NCBI GenBank assembly: GCA_051745145.1
Contig: JBNJDT010000019.1
Span: forward strand, 1 to 25,109
Source of the DNA: Elusimicrobiota bacterium
GTDB taxonomy: Bacteria; CG03; SLGR01; JAGXOG01
Length of the DNA stretch: 25,109 nt
Direction: 5' to 3'
Numbering within the stretch: position 1 is the first letter of the stretch; each line of letters opens with the position of its first letter. The position numbers and the translations under genes were made by a program. Positions 8,449 to 21,378 of the stretch are shown one piece after another. The notes under the pieces were generated by a model, which was not told where the DNA came from, searched no databases, and saw only the letters and a program-made list of their open reading frames with translations.

Positions 8449-9649
8449 AGCTAATTTTATAGATAGAGTGGAACAGGCCGTCCGGGATATAAAAGACGGA
8501 AAGATGGTTGTGATAGTAGACGACGAAGAACGGGAGAACGAGGGGGACCTGGTTATGGCCGCCTCTCAGGCTACTCCGGAGGCCATAAATTTTATGGCCA
8601 AAAAAGGCCGGGGGCTCATATGTGTTACCCTGGAAGAGAAAAGGTTAAAAGAACTCAATCTCAATCCCATGGAGCGCAGGCACGATTCCCGGGAGGCGGA
8701 GTTTACCGTATCCTGCGATGCCCGAGAAGGGGTTACCACCGGAATTTCGGCTTCCGACAGGGCTAAGACTATTAATATTCTGGCTAATTCTGAGAAAGAT
8801 CACAAAAGTATAACTACTCCCGGACATGTATTTCCCATAAAATATCAGAAGGGCGGAGTTTTAAAAAGAGCCGGGCATACCGAAGCGTCGGTGGATCTGG
8901 TGAGGATGGCCGGGCTTTATCCTGCGGGAGTAATCTGCGAAATTATGAATGAAGACGGTTCTATGGCCCGGCTGAAAGAGTTAAAAAAATTCGTGAAAGA
9001 ACACGATCTTAATTTAATTACGATAGCAGACTTAATTAAATACCGGTACCGGAATGAGAATTTTGTAAAATGTATAAGTGAGACTAAACTGCCTACTAAG
9101 TACGGTAACTTCAAACTTTACGTCTATAGTTCCAGGCTGGACAGCGATAAATCCCATATGGCCCTGGTAAAAGGGGATGTGAAAGATGCCGAAGATGTTC
9201 TGGTCAGAGTTCACTCCCAGTGTCTTACGGGCGATGTTTTAGGTTCTAAAAGATGTGACTGCGGCCAGCAGCTGGATAAGGCCTTAAAGTTAATATCCAA
9301 GGAGGATAAAGGTGTATTTTTATATATGAGACAGGAGGGCCGGGGAATAGGTTTAGAAAAAAAGATTATGGCGTATTCCCTGCAGGACGAGGGTTTGGAT
9401 ACTGTTCAGGCTAACCATGCCCTGGGATTTAAAGCGGATTTGAGGGATTACGGGACAGGGGCCCAGATTTTATCGGACCTGGGACTTTCCAGCATTAGGC
9501 TGCTTACCAATAATCCCAAAAAAATTGTCGGGCTATCCGGTTACGGGTTGAATATAACAAAAAGAGTACCCATAACCATAAAACCCAACCGGGAGAATGA
9601 GAAGTATCTTAATACTAAAAAAGAAAAAATGGGTCATTATCTTGATTGA
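8438..9649 (+). CDS. ribBA: Bifunctional DHBP synthase / GTP cyclohydrolase II
   Basis: [46 protein letters not shown] and [11 protein letters not shown] 8438 is preferred over the track's TTG 8402 because homology starts after it. Confidence 0.96.
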   Translation: MENKANFIDRVEQAVRDIKDGKMVVIVDDEERENEGDLVMAASQATPEAINFMAKKGRGLICVTLEEKRLKELNLNPMERRHDSREAEFTVSCDAREGVTTGISASDRAKTINILANSEKDHKSITTPGHVFPIKYQKGGVLKRAGHTEASVDLVRMAGLYPAGVICEIMNEDGSMARLKELKKFVKEHDLNLITIADLIKYRYRNENFVKCISETKLPTKYGNFKLYVYSSRLDSDKSHMALVKGDVKDAEDVLVRVHSQCLTGDVLGSKRCDCGQQLDKALKLISKEDKGVFLYMRQEGRGIGLEKKIMAYSLQDEGLDTVQANHALGFKADLRDYGTGAQILSDLGLSSIRLLTNNPKKIVGLSGYGLNITKRVPITIKPNRENEKYLNTKKEKMGHYLD

Positions 9650-9692
9650 CGGGTTTTAATAGAGAAGGTTAGAAAAAAACGGAGAAATTAAT

Positions 9693-10157
9693 ATGGACAA
9701 AATAAAAGGAAAAATATACGGAGAAGGCAAACGGGCGGCTGTGGTTGTATCCCGGCGCAATGAACAGGTTGTAAAGAAACTACTTGAAGGAGCTACCGAG
9801 GAGCTGATAAGAAACGGAGTGGAAGATTCACAGATATCGGTTATTGAAGTTCCCGGGGCCTGGGAGATAGCGGGGGCCGTAAGCAGATTGTCAGGCAGTT
9901 CGGCTTATGATATGATAATATGTCTGGGAGCTGTTATAAGAGGGGATACTCCCCATTTTGAATATGTGGCATCCCAGGTTGCCAGAACTGTAGCCGAAGA
10001 GGGCCACAGAGGCGACCTCCCGGTGAGTTTCGGTATATTAACCTGCGACAATATAGACCAGGCCATTGAGCGCTCCGGCGGAAAAGCCGGAAATAAGGGC
10101 GAAGAAGCAGCCCGCGCGGCACTGGAGATGACGGATCTTTACAGGAAACTCACATAA
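9693..10157 (+). CDS. ribH: 6,7-dimethyl-8-ribityllumazine synthase
   Basis: VPGAWEI, LGAVIRGDTPHFEYV and QAIERSGGKAGNKG. Confidence 0.96.
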   Translation: MDKIKGKIYGEGKRAAVVVSRRNEQVVKKLLEGATEELIRNGVEDSQISVIEVPGAWEIAGAVSRLSGSSAYDMIICLGAVIRGDTPHFEYVASQVARTVAEEGHRGDLPVSFGILTCDNIDQAIERSGGKAGNKGEEAARAALEMTDLYRKLT

Positions 10158-13229
<3,072 letters not shown>

Positions 13230-13231
13230 TA

Positions 13232-14395
13232 TTGATTAACAAAACAAAATTTTTAGTTGTATTGTATTTATTAACGTTCCCGGCCCGGGTTCTGGCGGTG
13301 GAGCGGTTGAATGAGGCAATGAATCTGTTTTTAGAAGAACATTACGAGAAATCACTAAAAAAAGTTAAATCTTATATTTCCGATAATCCCGCCGATGAGC
13401 TGGGACAGGAGATGGCCCGGATATTAAATGAAAGAATCTGTCAGGAAAAGCTCAAAATGGGATTTACCCTGATTCATGCCGGCCGGATGAACGAAGCAAA
13501 CAGAAATTTAGATGAAGCTCTGTCATACGACAGTGAATACGCCAATAAAATAGAAGAAAAATATATAGAATATCTGGAAGAGTACGACCGCGAAAAAGCT
13601 TCGGATGAGGTGCTCTATTATCTTTTGGAACATCCCCGGCCGCCGGAATCTCAAATACATGCTGTAAACAGAGAGGTCCGAAAAAAGTATATAGCCGAAA
13701 CCAGCGATTTAGAAGATGTTGGTTTTGAGGAGTTGAATAATAGAATTACGGTATTGAGGAAAGAACAGGAATGGGAAGATGCCATGGGATTACTGAGACA
13801 TTATATAGAAGAAAATCCCGGGCATTCACGGGCCCGGAAGTTACTGTCAGAAGTTGAGGATATGGCTGCCCGGGATTATTACAGCCGGGCTGTAACCAGT
13901 CTGGAAAATGAGGAGTACAAGAAAGGCAGAAACTTTGCCCAAAAGAGCCGGAATCTCAATGAAGAATGGTATAAAACCAGAGTAAACAGTAAACTAAAAG
14001 AAGCCCAGGATTTGATGGCTACCGGCCAGGAGCAGAAAGCCAGGGCTGAGTTTGAAATGCTGGAGTATCTTGCTCCGGATAATTCAGTTATCTCTTCCTA
14101 TTTAGGTATTTTAGATGAAAATGAAGAAGAACTTTTTGACAAGGGTATGGAATTGTATAACAATAAAATATTTGATGAAGCAACTGTGAGATTTGATCTT
14201 TTAAGGCTGAGACAGCCGGATAATAACAAAGCGCAGATGTATTACCATTTAGCTTCTGCCCGGCACAGCATAAGAAACCGGGATATAGAAAATGTAAGAA
14301 AACATCTTATAAGAGCCTTAAGACTGGAACCCAATAATCAGGAGGCCATGGAGATATTTGACAGGTTACAGGATGTATTGGAGATAATGGGATAA
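13232..14395 (+). CDS. Exported TPR-repeat protein
   Basis: Signal-peptide-like N-terminus (ends ..VLA) and repeated TPR turns (NPAD, NPGH, APDN, QPDN, EPNN). Confidence 0.75.
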   Translation: MINKTKFLVVLYLLTFPARVLAVERLNEAMNLFLEEHYEKSLKKVKSYISDNPADELGQEMARILNERICQEKLKMGFTLIHAGRMNEANRNLDEALSYDSEYANKIEEKYIEYLEEYDREKASDEVLYYLLEHPRPPESQIHAVNREVRKKYIAETSDLEDVGFEELNNRITVLRKEQEWEDAMGLLRHYIEENPGHSRARKLLSEVEDMAARDYYSRAVTSLENEEYKKGRNFAQKSRNLNEEWYKTRVNSKLKEAQDLMATGQEQKARAEFEMLEYLAPDNSVISSYLGILDENEEELFDKGMELYNNKIFDEATVRFDLLRLRQPDNNKAQMYYHLASARHSIRNRDIENVRKHLIRALRLEPNNQEAMEIFDRLQDVLEIMG

Positions 14396-14399
14396 AAAA

Positions 14400-15818
14400 A
14401 TGAAATTTAAATATATTAAATTTATAATTTTAATTTTGGTGTTATTTTTAGATTTTAGCCATCTGGCCGCCCAGGAGGGTTCGGACGCCCTTTTAGGGGA
14501 ATCAGTTCAGAAATATTTAGAGGGAGATACCAAAGGCACTATTTCAAGTCTTGACGAAGTATTAAAACAGGACCCGGAAAATAAAAGAGCCATAGATTTA
14601 ATGGAAAGCAGTGTTGAGAGGCTGGTGGAAGAAGTTAAAGAAAATGAGAATTACCGTGAGGGCATGGACTATTTAGAAATTGCTCAAAAGCATATACCGG
14701 ATTCTAATGTCTTAAAGCAGGGTATGAGAGAAATCCAAAATTTAACGGAAACGGGTACTTCAGCGACAGAACCCGAACCCGAGCCGGAACCCGAGCCTGA
14801 GCCCGAGCCCGAACCCGAGCCGGAACCCGAGCCTGAGCCCGAACCGGAGCCCTCCGGCGGCGGAACTTCTTCAGCTCAAAAGATAAGAACCTATGAAAAT
14901 AGGATCCGGAATCTCAATAATATTATAGCCCGCTTAAGAAGAGAGATTTCTCAGACCGCGGATTCTAAAGAAGGCTTGCAGGATAGATTGGAAGAACTTG
15001 AAAATGAAAAAGAAAAGCTGCAGACCCAACTGGAGCAGGTCCCGGAGGATGACGGCAAAGTCGGATTAGCTGCTATTTTAACGATAGCCGGACTTTTGGG
15101 AGCCGGGGGGGTTTTAGGGATAAAGATAATACTGGGCTTTTTAAAAAGACGGGATGAACAATTGATAAAAAATATAAAAGAAGAGAAACGTCTGGTCCAG
15201 AATTTAAAGAATACCTATAATAAAGATACCCAGAAATTATCCGAAAAGTTAATGAAGTACGGCAGTTCGTATAAAAGGGCCGAGGAACTGGAGAGAAACT
15301 GGAAAAAAGTTTTTGATATAATGGAAAAACTTACCCGGGAAGGTAGTACAAAAAAACTGGTACTGCCCGACGGTGAAGGAGGCCGGAAAGCAGTTACCGG
15401 CATTGATACCCGGACCCGGGCCCGGGCGGATAGCGTGGAAGTTATAGCTAAAATTTTTAAGGACAGCCCCAGGGCGCCGGAAATGTTAAAACCTTTTTTA
15501 GATTCTCAGGATAACCGGACCCGGGCCAATGCTGCAATGGCTTTTTACAGATATGATCCTGAAAAATCCGTTGCCGTGCTCAAGGATATGGCCGGCAGCG
15601 ATGATAAATGGATGCGGTTATCTGCGGCATGGGCATTGGGGGAAATAGAGGATACGGCCACCAGTAAAGTACTGGAAAAGTTGCTTGACGATCCCGATGA
15701 GCAGGTTAAGAATAAAGCCCGACAGTCGCTGGAAAAAATTTTAGATGAGAGGGCCATAGAGGCCAAACTCGCCGATGACGACGAGGATGAGTCCTCCGAA
15801 AAGGAAGCCGGAAGTTAA
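14400..15818 (+). CDS. Membrane-spanning protein: signal peptide, TPR, (EP)14 linker, coiled coil, TM helix, HEAT repeats
   Basis: Signal peptide ending ..HLAA, TPR turn QDPEN, EP tract, hydrophobic segment VGLAAILTIAGLLGAGGVLGIKIILGFL followed by KRR, and HEAT/PBS-lyase-like repeats (RTRANAAMA, MRLSAAWALGEI, LLDDPDEQVKNKA). Confidence 0.78.
   Translation: MKFKYIKFIILILVLFLDFSHLAAQEGSDALLGESVQKYLEGDTKGTISSLDEVLKQDPENKRAIDLMESSVERLVEEVKENENYREGMDYLEIAQKHIPDSNVLKQGMREIQNLTETGTSATEPEPEPEPEPEPEPEPEPEPEPEPEPEPSGGGTSSAQKIRTYENRIRNLNNIIARLRREISQTADSKEGLQDRLEELENEKEKLQTQLEQVPEDDGKVGLAAILTIAGLLGAGGVLGIKIILGFLKRRDEQLIKNIKEEKRLVQNLKNTYNKDTQKLSEKLMKYGSSYKRAEELERNWKKVFDIMEKLTREGSTKKLVLPDGEGGRKAVTGIDTRTRARADSVEVIAKIFKDSPRAPEMLKPFLDSQDNRTRANAAMAFYRYDPEKSVAVLKDMAGSDDKWMRLSAAWALGEIEDTATSKVLEKLLDDPDEQVKNKARQSLEKILDERAIEAKLADDDEDESSEKEAGS
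14769..14852 (+). repeat. Coding 6-bp tandem repeat (GARCCN)14 encoding (Glu-Pro)14
   Basis: Read directly. Contains an exact 35-bp duplication at a 36-bp period (14772-14806 and 14808-14842). Confidence 0.95.
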
Positions 15819-15864
15819 TCTCAGCGGGTTTGAAAATACGGTTAAAATTAGTTAAATTAATTAT

Positions 15865-15893
15865 TTGATTTTTATTTTTCCGGTTGATATAAT
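15865..15893 (+). promoter_or_regulatory. Sigma70-type promoter for the Mut7-C/recX/alaS unit
   Basis: TTGATT (15865-15870), 17 nt, TATAAT (15888-15893) with an extended -10 TGn and AT-rich upstream sequence. Confidence 0.7.
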
Positions 15894-15947
15894 CTGTTGT
15901 ATTAAAAGTGAGCAGTTATCAGTCTCAAAAAAAATAAAAAGTTTATA

Positions 15948-16403
15948 GTGGATTATATGCTGGGCCGGTTATGCCGGTGGCTGAGAATTTTAGGATATGA
16001 TGCAGAGTTTTACAGGGGAGCCGGCAGCAGAGAATTAGTATATCGGTCTTTGAAAGAACGCAGGGTAATTCTTTCCCGCAGCCATAAAGTAGATAAGCAT
16101 ACTGCTTATAAACTGTATAGAGTGAATAGCGAAGATTATAAAAAACAGCTGAAAGAAGTAGTGGAAAATTTTAATCTTAGGGTGGAAGATTCCAGGATTT
16201 ACAGCCGGTGCACGGAGTGCAACCGGAAACTTAAACCGGCGAAAAAAAGTAATATAGAGGATAAGGTTCCCCGGTATATCTATAAAACCCATGATAAGTT
16301 TTCTAAATGTGAAAATTGCGGTAAAATTTACTGGCGGGGAACTCACAGAGATTTAATAAAAAAAGTTTTGAAAAATTTAAAAGATGAAAATAACAGCCAT
16401 TGA
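15948..16403 (+). CDS. Mut7-C RNase (PIN fold, DUF82) domain protein; true start uncertain
   Basis: D.MLGRL.RWLRILGYD, RVILSR, and zinc ribbon SRCTECN...CENCGKIYWRGTH. Confidence 0.9.
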   Translation: MDYMLGRLCRWLRILGYDAEFYRGAGSRELVYRSLKERRVILSRSHKVDKHTAYKLYRVNSEDYKKQLKEVVENFNLRVEDSRIYSRCTECNRKLKPAKKSNIEDKVPRYIYKTHDKFSKCENCGKIYWRGTHRDLIKKVLKNLKDENNSH

Positions 16404-17004
16404 ACCGGTAAAGGGAAAGAAAAAACGGTATTCTATCTATGTGGACGAGGAAAAATTTATAGACGTTCATCTTGATACGCTTGAAAAATTAGGTATTTAT
16501 GTGGGAAAATCCGTCTCCTCCAGCCAGATGGATAAGATTGCTAAAAGAGATTCCCTGCATAAGGCCAGAGAATACGCTCTTTTACTATTGACTTACAGAC
16601 CCCGCAGCCGGCAGGAGATGTATGATAAATTAAGCCGTAAAGATTATCCCGGGAATGTAATAGAGAAGGTACTTAATTTACTTGAGAAAGAAGAGAACCT
16701 GGACGACAAAGAATTTGCCTGCTGGTGGATAAAACAGCGCCGGCGTGGTCGGCCGAAAGGTGATTTTGCCATAAGACGGGAACTAAAAAATAAGGGGATC
16801 CGGGATAGGGTAATTGACAGAGCTTTTGATAAGGTTGGTCCGGTTGACCGGGTTGAGCTGGCCTGGAAAGCGGTCCGTCCGGTACTTCAAAAATATAAAA
16901 ATTTGCCTAAAAAAAAAGCCCGCCGGAGGTTGATATCCCTTTTAAAGAGAAGAGGGTTTTCCTGGGAGGTTAGCAAAGAGGTGATACAGAGATTTTTCAG
17001 TTGA
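16384..17004 (+). CDS. recX: Regulatory protein RecX (long form)
   Basis: ITAIE...RYSIYVD N-terminus, ALLLLTYRPRS..E, LDDKEFA, KG..AIRRELKNKGI and LKRRGFS. Confidence 0.88.
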   Translation: MKITAIEPVKGKKKRYSIYVDEEKFIDVHLDTLEKLGIYVGKSVSSSQMDKIAKRDSLHKAREYALLLLTYRPRSRQEMYDKLSRKDYPGNVIEKVLNLLEKEENLDDKEFACWWIKQRRRGRPKGDFAIRRELKNKGIRDRVIDRAFDKVGPVDRVELAWKAVRPVLQKYKNLPKKKARRRLISLLKRRGFSWEVSKEVIQRFFS

Positions 17005-17015
17005 GGATAAAATAT

Positions 17016-17468
17016 ATGAAAAAGATATTAGTTTTAATATTAATGAGTTTGGCGGTTTTTACCGGGGGAGTGTATTCTGCCGATTCCGGTTACAGAGATT
17101 CCCTTAAAAAAGGACTGGAACTTTTTAATGACGGAAAGTCCGGCCAGGCTGAAGAAATATTTAAAGAACTTGCAGCGAAATATCCAGAAAGACCGGAAAC
17201 TTACAGCTCTTTAGGGTTGTTGCAGATATCCGCCGGAGAATATGAAGCGGCAAAAGAGTATCTTAAAGAATCCATAAAAAAAGACCGAAATTATGCTCAC
17301 GGTTATTATCTTTTAGGACGGGTCCAGGAAGAGCTGGAAAATTATTCCTCTGCCCTTAAAAATTACAATAAATATTTAAAGCTGGAGACAGATATCCGGC
17401 CTGAAAACCGGAAACGGGAGATAGAAAAGAAAATAGATTTTTTAGAGGAGATAACAGGCAGTGAATAA
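17016..17468 (+). CDS. Exported TPR-repeat protein
   Basis: GAGGA RBS, then MKKILVLILMSLAVFTGGVYSA signal peptide and TPR consensus (YSSLG..., YYLLG...A..NY.KYL). ATG 17016 is preferred over TTG 17001. Confidence 0.8.
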   Translation: MKKILVLILMSLAVFTGGVYSADSGYRDSLKKGLELFNDGKSGQAEEIFKELAAKYPERPETYSSLGLLQISAGEYEAAKEYLKESIKKDRNYAHGYYLLGRVQEELENYSSALKNYNKYLKLETDIRPENRKREIEKKIDFLEEITGSE

Positions 17469-17994
17469 ATTAAATTTAAAACACTGTCTTTTAGTCTTTT
17501 TGCTGTCGGTATTCGCGGCAGGGTGCGCCACCACTTCGGCTTCCAGAAAAGGATTTGAATTTGAAAATTATGAGAGAATCGGGGTGGCGGATTTTATTTC
17601 TTACGGTAAATACGGGGAAAGCGGATTTGCGGTCGCCGACGAGTTTGTCCGTCAGCTTTTACGGCAGGATAAAGAAGTTGTCGAAATAGAGGATAAAAAA
17701 ATAAGTACAAAGGGAACCGCTAAAATTTTGCCGTCAGGTTATGATGTAGATGCCGTACTCACCGGAACAGTTACCCGGTACGAACCCGACGGCCGGGAAA
17801 CGGTTTATTTTAAAGACAGTGACGGGGAAATGGTTTCTAAAGTTTTTTACCACGATGCCAGGGTGGGCATAAGTGCTAAATTAATAGATTCTGACGGTGA
17901 AATAGTCTGGTCTGATAATTACAGTTATTCGGGATTTGATATTGACCACACTGTCAGCAATGTGGTGAGGGTTATAGTAAACAGAATGCAGTAA
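17461..17994 (+). CDS. Lipoprotein, probably CsgG/GNA1162/LpoB-like fold
   Basis: Lipobox FAAGC. The pattern IGVADF...VDAVLTGTVTRY...VGISAKLID..GEIVWS is typical of that fold; family assignment is tentative. Confidence 0.65.
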   Translation: MNKLNLKHCLLVFLLSVFAAGCATTSASRKGFEFENYERIGVADFISYGKYGESGFAVADEFVRQLLRQDKEVVEIEDKKISTKGTAKILPSGYDVDAVLTGTVTRYEPDGRETVYFKDSDGEMVSKVFYHDARVGISAKLIDSDGEIVWSDNYSYSGFDIDHTVSNVVRVIVNRMQ

Positions 17995-17999
17995 ATATA

Positions 18000-20567
18000 A
18001 TGAAAGATAAAGTTATAAGAAAAAAATTCAAAAAGTATTTTCAGGATAAAGGCCACCGGTGGTATGACTCCATGTCATTGATCCCCCCGGACGATCCTAC
18101 TATGTTATTTACAACTGCGGGCATGGTCCAGTTTAAGAAGCAGTTTTTGGGTGAAGTTCAGAATTCGCGGAGAGCTGCGTCCATACAAAAATGTCTGAGA
18201 ACTTCGGACATAGATGAAGTCGGAAAAACCAGCCGCCATCTCACTTTCTTTGAGATGTACGGCAATTTTTCTTTTGGCGATTATTTTAAAAAAGAAGCTA
18301 TCCAAATGGCCTGGGAATTTCTCACGGATGTTTTGGGTTTAGAAGAAGAGAAACTCTACGCCACTGTCTATAAAGACGACGATAAGGCCTTTTCACTGTG
18401 GGAGGACTATATGCCGCCGGAGAAAATATACAGGCTCGGTGAAGAGGATAATTTCTGGGAAATGGGAAAGACCGGTCCCTGCGGACCGTGTTCGGAAATA
18501 CTTTACGACAGGGGGCCGGGAACCGGCTGCGGGGATGAGGGTTGTGAAGTGGGATGTGACTGTGACAGGTATGTAGAAGTCTGGAATCTGGTATTTACCC
18601 AGTATGAAAAACTCGAAGACGGTTCTTTAAAAGATTTGCCCCAGAAGAATATTGATACGGGAATGGGGCTGGAAAGATTAAACCAGGTGGTAAACGGCCG
18701 GGACAATGTCTATGAAATTGAATTGATAAAGCCGGTAATAGATAAAATTAAGAGGGAAAGCGGGGAGTTTAATATTAGATCTGCCCGGATAGTTGCCGAC
18801 CATATAAGGGCGGCCACTTTTCTTATTGCCGACGGAGTTGCTCCGTCGAATGAAGGACCGGGCTATATATTGAGGAGATTAATAAGAAGAGCCAGCCGGG
18901 AAGGCAGAAAATTGGGATGGGAAGAACCGGGTCTTTGGAAATTCATATCTCTTATTATAGATATTATGGCGGATTATTATCCGGTTCTTTTAAAACGCGC
19001 CGAACATATAACCAGGGTCTGTAAACTCGAAGAACAGAATTTTTTTACCACTTTAAAGCGTTCTTTAAAGTTACTTGAAAATGAGATCCAAAAATTAAAA
19101 CAGACCGGACAAAATATGATGGACGGGGAAACCGCTTTTAAACTTTACGATACTTACGGATTGCCCATTGACATAACAAAAGATATACTCCGGGACAGGA
19201 ATTTAAAAGTGGATGAACAAAAATTTAATGAAATTATGGAAAAACGGTCTCAAAAATCAAGCTGGAAAGATTCCGATGACCGAGCCGGGAGTGATTGGCC
19301 GGGAGTAAGTAAGATAAAAGAGGAGACAGAATTTAACGGCTACAATAATTATTCCCACCAGGCCAGAGTAGTAAAAATTTTAAAGGACGGCGCTGGAGCA
19401 GTGCTGAGTGGGACGCCCATGTACCCGGAAGCCGGCGGCCAGGTGGGGGATTCGGGAATAATAAAGGGTGAAAACGGTAAATTCAGAGTGGAAAATACTA
19501 TCAAAGAGAATGGAGTAATAATCCACAAAGGTGAGCTTACCGGAAGTTTACAGCCGGGCGATAAAGTAACGGTTAAAGTTGACTATGAAAAACGCAAAGC
19601 CGCCGAGAGAAATCACACTGCCACCCATCTTTTACAATCCGCTTTGCGAAAGGCCTTGGGTACCCATATACAGCAGAATGGCTCCTATGTGGGGCCGGAC
19701 CGTTTGAGGTTTGATTTTACCCATCCTGATGCTCTCTCCAGGGATGAAATTCAAGTCATTGAAAATAAAGTTAATTCTAAAGTTCTGGAGAATATACCCG
19801 TAGATACAAAGATAAAAGACAAAAAAGAGGCGGAGAAAGAAGGAGCGCTGGCTTTTTTTAAAGAAAAATATTCTGGAAAAGTAAGAGTTGTCCGGGTGGG
19901 GACAGAAGACCAGAATGTGAGCACTGAGCTTTGCGGGGGAACCCATCTAAAAAATACCGGAGAAATCGGACTTTTTAAAATAGTTTCAGAGAGCGGAGTT
20001 GCCGCCGGAGTGCGCCGGATAGAAGCGGTTACCGGCAAAAAAGCGCTGGAGTATGTAGAATCCCGGGAAAAGTTAGTTGATCGTATTTCTGAAGAGTTAA
20101 AAACTCCCCAGGATAAGCTTATTAAAGGAGTAAAAAATCTGAAAGGAGAAATTAAAGAGCTTAAAGATAAAATTTCCGCCCTGGAAAATAAGTTGCTTTC
20201 CAATGACAGCGGGGAAGAAAAAGAAAATTTAAACGGTATAGATTTTTATTATAAAGATTTTGGCGTATCCGGAACAGGGGTTATGAGAAGCTGGGGGGAT
20301 GAAATAACCGCCGATGATAACTGTGTTGCTTTTGCTGTTTCCGAATCGGATGGAAAAGCAGTGATAATATTAAAGATCTCCAAAAATTTGACAGAGCATT
20401 TGCATGCGGGGAATTTAGTAAGTAAGATATGTAATGAGCTAAACGGCGGCGGAGGCGGTCGGGAAGATATGGGCCAGGGGGGCGGTCCGGCTATAGAAAA
20501 ACTTGATTTAGCTGTAAATAATCTTAAAAATATAATAGAGAAGAAGTTGGAAAATAAAAATATTTAG
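18000..20567 (+). CDS. alaS: Alanine--tRNA ligase
   Basis: FTTAGMVQFK, HLTFFEM.GNFSFGDYFK, GPCGPCSEI, IDTGMGLER, editing motifs NHTATH and ELCGGTH, and C-terminal GGGGR. Confidence 0.98.
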   Translation: MKDKVIRKKFKKYFQDKGHRWYDSMSLIPPDDPTMLFTTAGMVQFKKQFLGEVQNSRRAASIQKCLRTSDIDEVGKTSRHLTFFEMYGNFSFGDYFKKEAIQMAWEFLTDVLGLEEEKLYATVYKDDDKAFSLWEDYMPPEKIYRLGEEDNFWEMGKTGPCGPCSEILYDRGPGTGCGDEGCEVGCDCDRYVEVWNLVFTQYEKLEDGSLKDLPQKNIDTGMGLERLNQVVNGRDNVYEIELIKPVIDKIKRESGEFNIRSARIVADHIRAATFLIADGVAPSNEGPGYILRRLIRRASREGRKLGWEEPGLWKFISLIIDIMADYYPVLLKRAEHITRVCKLEEQNFFTTLKRSLKLLENEIQKLKQTGQNMMDGETAFKLYDTYGLPIDITKDILRDRNLKVDEQKFNEIMEKRSQKSSWKDSDDRAGSDWPGVSKIKEETEFNGYNNYSHQARVVKILKDGAGAVLSGTPMYPEAGGQVGDSGIIKGENGKFRVENTIKENGVIIHKGELTGSLQPGDKVTVKVDYEKRKAAERNHTATHLLQSALRKALGTHIQQNGSYVGPDRLRFDFTHPDALSRDEIQVIENKVNSKVLENIPVDTKIKDKKEAEKEGALAFFKEKYSGKVRVVRVGTEDQNVSTELCGGTHLKNTGEIGLFKIVSESGVAAGVRRIEAVTGKKALEYVESREKLVDRISEELKTPQDKLIKGVKNLKGEIKELKDKISALENKLLSNDSGEEKENLNGIDFYYKDFGVSGTGVMRSWGDEITADDNCVAFAVSESDGKAVIILKISKNLTEHLHAGNLVSKICNELNGGGGGREDMGQGGGPAIEKLDLAVNNLKNIIEKKLENKNI

Positions 20568-20592
20568 AAGTCTTAAGCAAGGAGGCCCAGCA

Positions 20593-21345
20593 ATGAAAAG
20601 AATATTAATTGTATCAGTAATTTTTGTTATTTCGGGATGTAGTTCGGTATTTCGCATTCCCACCCCCAGCATTAATCTTACTCCGAGTATGCCTAAACCG
20701 CAGGCCACTCAAAGCAGTACCGGAAGAACTCAATCGGTAAACCAGACCCAGTATGCGGGTCAAATTGCTCAGACCATGTTTTCCTATGTCATGGCCCCGG
20801 GCGGTATATGGCTGTGGCAGAAAGAATTTAAAGAAGGGGAATGGACTTCCTGGAATGTTACAACTGATGATAATGATAAGATTAAGATTGATATTGCCTA
20901 TTTAAAAGATGCCGGAAACAACCGGCACTGGTGGAGACTTATTTATAACTCCGATGAGGAAGAGATAACCTACGAGGCCTTAATGAATCACGAAGATTTT
21001 TCTACCAGACGTCTGCGGGCCCAGTTTGACAGTGACGAACCGTTTGAAGTACCCGTAGCAGAAGGGGGTTCCTACGGCCCGTATGGCACTCCCAGACGCA
21101 TAACTCCGGAATCTCTGGAGGCCTCCATCCAGGAAACAGTAGAAGTGGATTTACCGGCGGGTTCTTTTCAAAGCCGTCGCGGAGAATTTGGAGTGATGAT
21201 GGGACAGGGCCAGCTTGAATTGTGGCTCAGTGACGAAGTTCCCGGGGGAGTGGTAAAGTACCAGCTGACTTCCGAACAGTCAGATGCGGTTGGTGAATTA
21301 ACGGATTACGGAAAAGGTGCGGAGAGCATTCTGGGTTCGTATTAA
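20593..21345 (+). CDS. Uncharacterised lipoprotein
   Basis: AAGGAGG RBS, lipobox VISGC, P/S/T/Q-rich linker, and a beta-rich domain with a V.LPAGSF motif. Confidence 0.75.
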   Translation: MKRILIVSVIFVISGCSSVFRIPTPSINLTPSMPKPQATQSSTGRTQSVNQTQYAGQIAQTMFSYVMAPGGIWLWQKEFKEGEWTSWNVTTDDNDKIKIDIAYLKDAGNNRHWWRLIYNSDEEEITYEALMNHEDFSTRRLRAQFDSDEPFEVPVAEGGSYGPYGTPRRITPESLEASIQETVEVDLPAGSFQSRRGEFGVMMGQGQLELWLSDEVPGGVVKYQLTSEQSDAVGELTDYGKGAESILGSY

Positions 21346-21378
21346 TTATAGCGGAAATTGTAAAAGGTAAAATTTTAA

